Assembly (NCBI GenBank): GCA_003518055.1
Contig: DOZJ01000001.1
Location: 68,253-132,252, forward strand
Direction: 5' to 3'
DNA length: 64,000 nt
From: Candidatus Falkowbacteria bacterium
GTDB lineage: Bacteria > Patescibacteriota > Patescibacteriia > UBA11705
The position numbers were made by a program, and so were the translations under genes. Under the pieces are notes generated by a model. That model did no database searches and was not told where the DNA came from. It saw nothing but the letters and a program-made list of their open reading frames with translations. This document shows, piece by piece, positions 38,618-45,785 of this stretch. Position 1 is the stretch's first letter. Each line of letters begins with the position of its first letter.

Positions 38618-38720
38618 GTTGACAGTTGGTAATAGCCAGCTGTTTTTTGTTGTAACTGTAACGGTGGAAGTAAAGAGTAAAGAGGGGGTAACTGTAACTG
38701 CAGAAGTTTGGCGGGCGGGT
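38618..38720. repeat. modular intergenic repeat block
   Basis: 'ttgtaactgtaacggtggaagtaaagagtaaagagggggtaactgtaactgcagaagtttggcgggcgggttgtggttt'. Confidence 0.7.
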
Positions 38721-38771
38721 TGTGGTTTATTTTTTAAAACAAAAACACTAGTTGATTAGCTAGTGATTAGA

Positions 38772-40058
38772 TTATGCGCGGAAGAAGACGTCATCGATTG
38801 ATGGGCCGAGTGAGATCAGGGCGATTCGGCCAAGCTGATCTTCGATGCAGCGGATGAAGCGTTTGGCTTCGGGATCGCCAAAAAAGTCCCAGCCATCAAA
38901 CTCAATATCATTTACCGCTTTAAATTCAGCGGCTTTTTCTGCCACAAAATGGTCGAGCTTTGAGCCGTCCGGCATCAGGTAATGAGAGTTGATGTAGACT
39001 TTACCGAAACCGTTTAGCACGTCCATTTTGGTCATGACGGGGTGGGTGACTCCATCGACCGTGAAGGCATGACGAAGCTGAGCCAGATCGAGCCAGCCGA
39101 CACGGCGCGGACGGCCGGTGGTTGAGCCGTATTCATGGCCGCGGCGGCGAAGGTCTTCTGCCAGTTCGCCAAAGATTTCGGTGGGGAAAGGGCTGAAACC
39201 GGCGTCAACTCGTGTCGGATAGGCTTTGAAAATGCCATAGACGTGACGAATCGCCTGCGGCGGAATGCCGGCATAGACGCAAGCTGCGCCGGTGGTGCAA
39301 AAGGATGAGGTTACGAATGGTCTGGTGCCGTTCCCAACGCAGAGTTCGGTTCCATGAGCGATGTAGCCAACCATCTCTTCGCCGGCCTTCAAAGCATCAT
39401 TAATCAGTCCGGTTACATCTTTGTGCATATGCTTGGCAAGGACGTCACGATACTGCATCAGGAAATCATATTCTTGATCGACGGTAACACTGGGAAGGCC
39501 AAAATGGTTCAGAATCAAATTTTTGATGGTTAGACTTCTGGCCAGATTGGCGCGGAGAACAGACTCGGAGTTTTCAACCACTTCCTGAACGCAAAGAGAA
39601 TAATGCCGGCTGAAAAAGTATTCATAAGTCGGGCCAATGCCCTTGCCGGTAGTGCCGATTTCGGCTGTTCCAAGCTTGCCGCCTTTGTCGAGGCTGTCCA
39701 ACAGACGATTTGAGGGTAGAATCACTGGGCAGCGGGCGGAGATCAGGACGTTTTCAGTGGAATAACCAAGGGCGTTAATGGCGGCCAATTCAGCGGCAAG
39801 GCTTTCTGGATTGACGGTAACACCGGCAGTCAAAATGCAAATCGTGTCGTCATAGAAAACTCCTGGTGGAACGAGGTGATGCACAAATTTTTGCATCAAG
39901 CCGGTAATGAGATTTCGAACCCATGCGGTCCCACCGGCATTGTCACCACCCTGAAACCGGAGACAGTATTTGTAGCGGAAATGTTTCAAAAGGAAGTTAA
40001 TGATATTTGCTTTGCCTTCATCACCCCATTGTTCACCTTTGACAATGTCTAGCGGCAT
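38772..40058 (-). CDS. purA: adenylosuccinate synthetase-like protein (PurA family, divergent active-site residues)
   Basis: 'QWGDEGKANII', 'RFQGGDNAGGTAW', 'IGTTGKGIGPTYE', 'STTGRPRRVGWLD' align with PurA motifs. The canonical GKGK P-loop and HNAGH are altered. Confidence 0.6.
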   Translation of the reverse strand: MPLDIVKGEQWGDEGKANIINFLLKHFRYKYCLRFQGGDNAGGTAWVRNLITGLMQKFVHHLVPPGVFYDDTICILTAGVTVNPESLAAELAAINALGYSTENVLISARCPVILPSNRLLDSLDKGGKLGTAEIGTTGKGIGPTYEYFFSRHYSLCVQEVVENSESVLRANLARSLTIKNLILNHFGLPSVTVDQEYDFLMQYRDVLAKHMHKDVTGLINDALKAGEEMVGYIAHGTELCVGNGTRPFVTSSFCTTGAACVYAGIPPQAIRHVYGIFKAYPTRVDAGFSPFPTEIFGELAEDLRRRGHEYGSTTGRPRRVGWLDLAQLRHAFTVDGVTHPVMTKMDVLNGFGKVYINSHYLMPDGSKLDHFVAEKAAEFKAVNDIEFDGWDFFGDPEAKRFIRCIEDQLGRIALISLGPSIDDVFFRA

Positions 40059-40225
40059 AGTTGTCTCCTCTCGCCTCTTGGGGCGTGGTTTGGTTGTAAG
40101 GAGCAGGACGGCGTTATTATAATTTTAAGTCGGTTGTTTGTCAATGGAGGGATACGCGATATGGGCGGGGTAAAAAAATTGGAAAAGAGAAAAAGTTTTA
40201 TAGAATCTTGGCTAAATTTTTAAAA

Positions 40226-40262
40226 ATTAAAAATTAAAAAAATAACCGCCTAGTGAAGCGGT
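40226..40262 (-). terminator. rho-independent terminator ending the minus-strand operon 41726-40262
   Basis: 'taaccgc-ctagtgaa-gcggtta' preceded on the plus strand by an A-run (a T-run on the minus strand). Confidence 0.45.
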
Positions 40263-40495
40263 TATGATTGACTGAAATCAAGACGATTTCCTCGTCCCTG
40301 CGTACAACGAGTACAGTGTCGACTGCGGACATTGTCAAAAGCGTTATACTTTAAAAAGAAATCAAGACAGTCATTCAGGGTCATTCTTCTACCTCGTGAT
40401 CGGCAGTATAAAGAGTCATCCAGCTTGAGCGGATGTTTATCTTTAACAATATTATCAGCCATCCGGCCTCCTTCGATTGATGGGATGCTTAACAA
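40262..40495 (-). CDS. small Cys-containing protein (77 aa), hypothetical
   Basis: Four Cys residues (one CTRC pair). Weak coding evidence. Confidence 0.25.
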   Translation of the reverse strand: MLSIPSIEGGRMADNIVKDKHPLKLDDSLYCRSRGRRMTLNDCLDFFLKYNAFDNVRSRHCTRCTQGRGNRLDFSQS

Positions 40496-40534
40496 TATCG
40501 TTTCTGGTCAATGGTGTCAAGAACGCGGCGCGGG

Positions 40535-41074
40535 TTAGTTTTTTTTGATCAAATCAAGTAGCTGGTCCGGATTGGCGCTGTAAATTTTGAAATAGGTTTT
40601 GACCGGGGTTTTGGATTCAGCGTAAAGATGAGGGCGGTCTTCAGTAATTAGGGTGAACGATGATTTGGGCAAAAGATAATCACCGGAAAAGACATTGCTG
40701 AAAGCAGCTTTGTAATTTTGATCAAGGTGAACGCGCCACCAAATAAGGTCTTTGACTACAAAAAACATAACATTAGAGGTGAGATAAAGGTCACACTTGA
40801 CGCGTGCTTCTCGGGCGCGAACGAACATTCTGGTTGGTACGGAGGTTTCTTGATACAAAATTTGGGGATGATGTGCAGCGAGGAATTTTTTCCAGCTTCT
40901 GGTTTTTTTGTTGTAAATGTAGAGCGCGATAGCAACAACGACAAAGACGATAATTGAGATGGTAAACTGGTTCATAAAATAAAAATATAATTTAGACAGA
41001 TTTATTATAACATAATTAGAACAGTTAATGGATAAAAAACACAGACGGCGTCTGTGTTTTTTTGTTAAATTCAA
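40535..41074 (-). CDS. membrane-anchored hypothetical protein
   Basis: One TM helix ('FTISIIVFVVVAIALYIY'), then a soluble domain. Confidence 0.4.
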   Translation of the reverse strand: MNLTKKHRRRLCFLSINCSNYVIINLSKLYFYFMNQFTISIIVFVVVAIALYIYNKKTRSWKKFLAAHHPQILYQETSVPTRMFVRAREARVKCDLYLTSNVMFFVVKDLIWWRVHLDQNYKAAFSNVFSGDYLLPKSSFTLITEDRPHLYAESKTPVKTYFKIYSANPDQLLDLIKKN

Positions 41075-41075
41075 T

Positions 41076-41726
41076 TTATTGTCCGGTTAAACTGCCTCGG
41101 CCAACATTTTCAATTCCTCGGTCTTTTTGGCGGCCGGCAACTCCGGCTCGGAAGGCCTCTGATGTTTTACCGGAGAAAAGATGACCAACCGCGGCTCGGA
41201 ACTCCGACCAGCGTTTATTGGCTGCGCGCGCTTCACTGCCCGGGAGCCAGTTTTTGAAGCGGCTGCCAAAGCCCTTTTGCGGGATGCGATTGCATTCTTC
41301 GGTGAGGCGGTCTAATTCTCTCTTGATCACAACAACTTCAGCGTCAGTAAAGTCACCGGGGTGGGGATTTTTTTTGTCGAGGATTTGTTTGAATAGCTCG
41401 GCAGAACCCTGTTCAGCGTCTTTGACAGCCTGCTCAAAGGTTTTGGCCTTGAGGTCGGCTTCTCGGGCCAACATTGCTTCATGTTCTTCCTGATTTGTTT
41501 GACGCGAGGCTTCGCGGCGCATATCGGTCGCTTGCTGGCGGGATTCTTGAATCCTTTCACCTTTTTCCTGCCGCCATTGTCGGGCGGCAGATGATAACTC
41601 AATTTTGGGTTTGGCGCCCGGAACAATCTCACGTCGAGGCGTTTCGCTGCCTGTTTTTACCACCTTCAAGTCTGGTTTATTCTGGCGTTGAGGGTCCGAT
41701 CGCGGCATTTTTTCTCCAAAGGCCAT
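41076..41726 (-). CDS. highly charged hypothetical protein (216 aa)
   Basis: Lys/Arg/Glu-rich. No motifs. Stop abuts the downstream start. Confidence 0.4.
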   Translation of the reverse strand: MAFGEKMPRSDPQRQNKPDLKVVKTGSETPRREIVPGAKPKIELSSAARQWRQEKGERIQESRQQATDMRREASRQTNQEEHEAMLAREADLKAKTFEQAVKDAEQGSAELFKQILDKKNPHPGDFTDAEVVVIKRELDRLTEECNRIPQKGFGSRFKNWLPGSEARAANKRWSEFRAAVGHLFSGKTSEAFRAGVAGRQKDRGIENVGRGSLTGQ

Positions 41727-41820
41727 AAATGTATGATTAGTTAATTATATAATACAAATAAATTATAACAAAATAAGATAAAAATAGATAGAAATATGGT
41801 GAATAACTGAAAAATCGCGG

Positions 41821-42594
41821 TTATTTTTGAGTATTTATAGGCTGGCTGACAGTATACAGTCCTTCAAATACAGCCGAAAAGGTTTCGTGTAGATCTTGAG
41901 ATTCAATAATGATCGCGGATTTTTCTTTGACGGAGGATAGGAGTAATGTTTTGTTGTCGAAGAGAATGATGATAGATTTGAATTTATTGTGCATGATTGG
42001 GGGCAAGATTCGGGGATGTCTAAAGGCGATATCAATTGTTTCAATATGACGGTGGGAAATGTCAGCTTCCCACAATGACCGAGCGGAGAGGCCGCGTTGT
42101 TTTCTCGCGGTCATAAAGTATTTAGCGTAGTCTCGATTGAACTCAGAAAAAAAATTGTTTTTTGGCGCAATAATATCCCAGTGGTTGTTGTGACAATATA
42201 GAGCTTCTTCGACCGCTAATTTTATTTCCTCGATTCCTTCATAATGGGTGACCTTGATTGGTCTCATTTTGTCGGCGGTCGGTTGAATGAAGGGGATAAG
42301 ATTGGCCATTTCAGCTTTTTGCATTTCGAGGATGGCGATTTTCTCATCATAAAGTCTGGTTAGGTTAGCCGGCGGAGTCATTAGAAAATAGGTTTTGGCT
42401 AGGTGGTTGATACGGCTGGTTAGGCCTTTTTGTTTCAAGGTGTCCAGAGCATGATAGATTGTGGTTCGGTTAATCTGTGTTTGTTTGACCAATTCATTGA
42501 CGCTGACGCGATCATAACTCAAACCGGCAAGGTAGATTTTGGCTTCGGTTGCGGTGAGGCCGATTTTTTGGAGAAATGTTTGGATGTCTGTCAT
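41821..42594 (-). CDS. TrmB-like winged-helix transcriptional regulator (second copy in window)
   Basis: 'LTATEAKIYLAGLSYDRVSVNELVKQTQINRTTIYHALDTLKQKGL'. Confidence 0.5.
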   Translation of the reverse strand: MTDIQTFLQKIGLTATEAKIYLAGLSYDRVSVNELVKQTQINRTTIYHALDTLKQKGLTSRINHLAKTYFLMTPPANLTRLYDEKIAILEMQKAEMANLIPFIQPTADKMRPIKVTHYEGIEEIKLAVEEALYCHNNHWDIIAPKNNFFSEFNRDYAKYFMTARKQRGLSARSLWEADISHRHIETIDIAFRHPRILPPIMHNKFKSIIILFDNKTLLLSSVKEKSAIIIESQDLHETFSAVFEGLYTVSQPINTQK

Positions 42595-42769
42595 ATGTTA
42601 TGGTTTGATTATAGTGGATAGATGAAGTGTTGTCAAACAATATTTGTAATATAATTTGTTGTAATTTGGCGATAAATTGGTGTGTGTTGATGTATGATTG
42701 TAAACAGAGATTAACGGATGCACTTGGCAGGCGTATATTGTTAATGTAGAATAAATGGTTCTTTGACAG

Positions 42770-42975
42770 CAAAGCAAGAAAGTGAGTACAGCGAGTACAG
42801 TGAGATAAGCGAGTAAAGCGACCCTTCGAGAGCCCTGCCTACCGGCAGGCAGGCTCAAGATGACAAGTAAAGGAAAATAAGCGAGATAAGCCCTTCGACA
42901 AGCTCAGGACAGGCTCAAGATCAGCAAGCAGGCAACCAGCCTGCGCTAAAGCTACGGCTGACAAGCAAAGTAAAG
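42770..42975. repeat. modular intergenic repeat block (aag-rich units, cctgcc palindrome, covarying hairpin)
   Basis: 'agtacagcgagtacagtgagataagcgagtaaagcgacccttcgagagccctgcctaccggcaggcagg...cagcctgcgctaaagctacggctg'. Confidence 0.7.
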
Positions 42976-42985
42976 GAGAAGACAA

Positions 42986-43867
42986 ATGATTATTGATATC
43001 CATGCTCACACCAGTAGTCATAAGATGTGGGGTCTGCATACTGATGATGCATCGATTGAGAAATTAAAAGCTGAGGCGTGGCGAATGGGAGTAAGTCGGA
43101 CGGTGCTGTTGGCGACATATTTTCCATTCAAGGGAACTGGATTGTCTAATGTGGAATTGCTGCGGAGAATTCAGGGTGAAGAGTTGTTCTTGGCCTTTGG
43201 CAGCTTGGATGTGATGAATTATTTGGATGAGGGCGTGGCGGAACTGGAACAATTGGCTTTTAATAGATTGATCAGGGGGATAAAATTGTATCCCGGGTAT
43301 CAGGTATTTAATCCGTCTGATATCAATTTGGATGATGTATATGATTTGGCGCAAATGTTTGATTTGCCGGTAATGTTTCACGGTGGAGAGCTGCATCACT
43401 GCTGTCCGAGTGAACAGAGAGCGGCTGGAGGATTTAAATGCAAGCACGATCCATGCCCGATTAATTTGTATCAACATTTGAGTCATCCAGATCGATTGAG
43501 GCCGATGTTAAAGAGATATGGTGATGTAAAATTTATTGTCAGCCATTTGGCTAATCCGTATTTTGAGGCTTTGAGAGGATTGATGGCGGAATTTGACAAT
43601 GTTTATACGGATATATCAGGTCAGTTCGTTTCCGGTAACCACAATTCAGATGAAGATACGCCGGAGAATCGGCAGCAAATTGTTGATCAGATCAAACGAT
43701 TTTGCGATTTGCCTCGAGGCGTGGAGCGGATTCTGTTTGGCACGGATTTTCCCATTCAATCGTATGATGATTCGGTCTGGTTGGTGGAAAATTTAGGATT
43801 AACGCCGGTGGAGCGGGCGAAGATTTATTGGCATAATGCGGGGAGCGTTTTAGGGTTTAGCGATTAG
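42986..43867 (+). CDS. TIM-barrel metal-dependent hydrolase (amidohydrolase-2 / PF04909-like)
   Basis: 'MIIDIHAHT' start, a later HxH-less pattern, and 'FGTDFP' near the C-terminus typical of the amidohydro_2 family. Cys-rich insert 'HHCCPSEQRAAGGFKCKHDPCP'. Confidence 0.55.
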   Translation: MIIDIHAHTSSHKMWGLHTDDASIEKLKAEAWRMGVSRTVLLATYFPFKGTGLSNVELLRRIQGEELFLAFGSLDVMNYLDEGVAELEQLAFNRLIRGIKLYPGYQVFNPSDINLDDVYDLAQMFDLPVMFHGGELHHCCPSEQRAAGGFKCKHDPCPINLYQHLSHPDRLRPMLKRYGDVKFIVSHLANPYFEALRGLMAEFDNVYTDISGQFVSGNHNSDEDTPENRQQIVDQIKRFCDLPRGVERILFGTDFPIQSYDDSVWLVENLGLTPVERAKIYWHNAGSVLGFSD

Positions 43868-43905
43868 CGTTTAGCGTATAGTCATTGAGAGAATGGGGGT
43901 AAACG

Positions 43906-44139
43906 ATGAGAGTGATTCGAAGTACTGATGTGGTGAAGGTTACATGTCCGCACGGTGAAAGTATAATGGAAATTAAGATGAATGATGTTTGTGTCTCTGA
44001 TGTAGGTCATCCATGCAGTCAATGGATTAATTGTGGTGTTTGTGGCCGAATGATTTGTTTGGGAGATGGGGATATTCCTCGGCATTGGTGGGTAGCGTTG
44101 TATGGTGAAACCAACCATCACGAAAGGAGGCGAAGATGA
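43906..44139 (+). CDS. small Cys/His-rich protein (77 aa), hypothetical zinc-binding
   Basis: C14, H16, C29, H35, C37, C43, C46, C51. 'gggggtaaacgatg' RBS. Stop overlaps the CoaB start by 4 nt. Confidence 0.45.
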   Translation: MRVIRSTDVVKVTCPHGESIMEIKMNDVCVSDVGHPCSQWINCGVCGRMICLGDGDIPRHWWVALYGETNHHERRRR

Positions 44140-44948
44140 ATATTCTGATTACCGCTGGTTCCAGCATGAGTATGCTTGATCAGGTTCGCGGTTTATTTCC
44201 TGTTTACCCTGATGATGATTCACAAGGCATTGGTCTGGGGAATATCTTTTGGGGAACAACCGGGAGAGAGATTGCCGAGGCGCTGGCGCCATATCATCGC
44301 GTGACATTAATTACTTCGGGATCGTTAAAACTGATTGATCGGGAAATCAGGCTGGTTACGTCTTGGCAAAATTTTTCCCCGGGCAATTCACGCGTTTTTA
44401 CCTTTGGTTCGGACGAGAGTATTTATTGCATTCGGGGGGTTAATTACCGGACGTTTGAAGATTTGGCAGAGTTGATGGAACAAGAAATACGGACCGGTGA
44501 ATACGATGTGATTATCCATTCGGCGGCGGTCAATGATTTTGCGATTGAGTCTGTCTGGTGCCGAACCGATGCTGGTGAAATGGTTCAGGTTGATGCCTCG
44601 ACTAAAATTTCTTCCAGTAAGCCGGAATTGTTTTTGAAGCTCAAGCCGACATACAAAATTGTGGACAAGATTAAACGCGATTGGGGTTTCAAGGGCGTGT
44701 TGGTCAAATTCAAGCTTCAAGTGGGAATGTCAGATGAGGAATTGATTGAAATTGCAAAGCGGAGCCGAAAGGCTTCAGACGCGGATATGATGGTCGCAAA
44801 TTGTCTTGAATGGGCAAGAGAACGCGCATACGTTATTAACGCTGATGATGAAGTAACAAATGCGGATAGGTCACAACTGCCGACAGCAATTTGGAAGGTT
44901 GTCAGATCAATGATTCCGCTTGAAACAGAAGACGGAAAAGAGCGATAA
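44136..44948 (+). CDS. coaB: phosphopantothenate--cysteine ligase, stand-alone (eukaryote/archaeal PPCS-like)
   Basis: 'ILITAGSS...' Rossmann start, 'HSAAVNDF', 'KISSSKPELFLKLKP', 'VKFKLQ', 'DADMMVANCLE' follow the PPCS/DFP-domain motif order. Confidence 0.55.
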   Translation: MNILITAGSSMSMLDQVRGLFPVYPDDDSQGIGLGNIFWGTTGREIAEALAPYHRVTLITSGSLKLIDREIRLVTSWQNFSPGNSRVFTFGSDESIYCIRGVNYRTFEDLAELMEQEIRTGEYDVIIHSAAVNDFAIESVWCRTDAGEMVQVDASTKISSSKPELFLKLKPTYKIVDKIKRDWGFKGVLVKFKLQVGMSDEELIEIAKRSRKASDADMMVANCLEWARERAYVINADDEVTNADRSQLPTAIWKVVRSMIPLETEDGKER

Positions 44949-45522
44949 AATGAAAGTACTACTTGGTGTAACTGGATCAGTAGCGGCGACTTTAATGCGC
45001 AAATTGGTTGATGCTTTGCATGCAGCTGGCTGTGATGTTCGTGTAATTGCCACGAAGAGTTCAGAGTATTTTTTCAGCAAAAAGTGCGTCGGGACGGTGC
45101 CGGTTAAAGTTTATACAGATCAGGATGAATGGCCGAAAGCGAGATATGAAAAAGACGATAATGTGCTGCATATTCAACTTCGGGATTGGGCGGATGTTTT
45201 GATAGTCGCGCCACTAAGCGCCAATACGTTGGCCAAGTGCGCTCAAGGTCTATGTGATAATCTGTTGACATGTGTTGTCCGGGCATGGGATCGAAATAAG
45301 CCGTTGGTAATCGCGCCGGCGATGAATACGAAAATGTGGGAGAATCCATTTACCGGACGGCATTTGGTCGCGATGAGGGAGGTCTACCGATCAATTATCG
45401 TCCAACCGGTGGTAAAGAGATTGGCTTGTGGTGACGAGGGTGTCGGGGCGATGGTAAGGGTTGAAGATATTGTGAAGGCGGTTACGAATTTACAAAAGGT
45501 TATGGATATTACAAAAATTTGA
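44920..45522 (+). CDS. coaC: phosphopantothenoylcysteine decarboxylase, stand-alone HFCD flavoprotein (HAL3/PPCDC-like)
   Basis: 'VLLGVTGSVAA', 'ADVLIVAPLSANTLAKCAQGLCDNLLTCVVRAWDRNKPLVIAPAMNTKMWENPFT', 'KRLACGDEGVGAM' match HAL3a/PPCDC nearly motif-for-motif. Confidence 0.75.
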   Translation: MKQKTEKSDKMKVLLGVTGSVAATLMRKLVDALHAAGCDVRVIATKSSEYFFSKKCVGTVPVKVYTDQDEWPKARYEKDDNVLHIQLRDWADVLIVAPLSANTLAKCAQGLCDNLLTCVVRAWDRNKPLVIAPAMNTKMWENPFTGRHLVAMREVYRSIIVQPVVKRLACGDEGVGAMVRVEDIVKAVTNLQKVMDITKI

Positions 45523-45633
45523 ATATTACTGAAACACGAATTCACAGATGGGCTGCTGGTGGAGGTTGCCGCGTAGTAATCGTGTACCCCACGTTGTTGG
45601 AGATAGAATAAGTATGGAGTTGAGTTAAGCAAA

Positions 45634-45664
45634 TAACACAGATTAACCAGTCTGTGTTTTTTGT
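45634..45664 (+). terminator. rho-independent terminator (acacagatt-aacc-agtctgtgt + T7)
   Basis: Read directly. Nearly identical hairpin at 49518-49546. Confidence 0.6.
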
Positions 45665-45785
45665 ACGGATTTACGGAGATTACTAATTCCAACTTTCCGG
45701 CTGCATTTTTTTTGCCAATGTTATCATGTAACCATTTTCTTCGTCACGCTGAATTTATTTGTCCATCATTATTTCATGTTTTATG

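Noticed and set aside
43906-45522. A RiPP-like system with a small Cys-rich precursor and an HFCD decarboxylase
   Set aside because: HFCD RiPP decarboxylases act on a C-terminal Cys, and this 77-aa ORF ends in ...HHERRRR. The flavoprotein matches PPCDC/HAL3 too closely, and a PPCS-like partner is present, so CoA biosynthesis is the better explanation.
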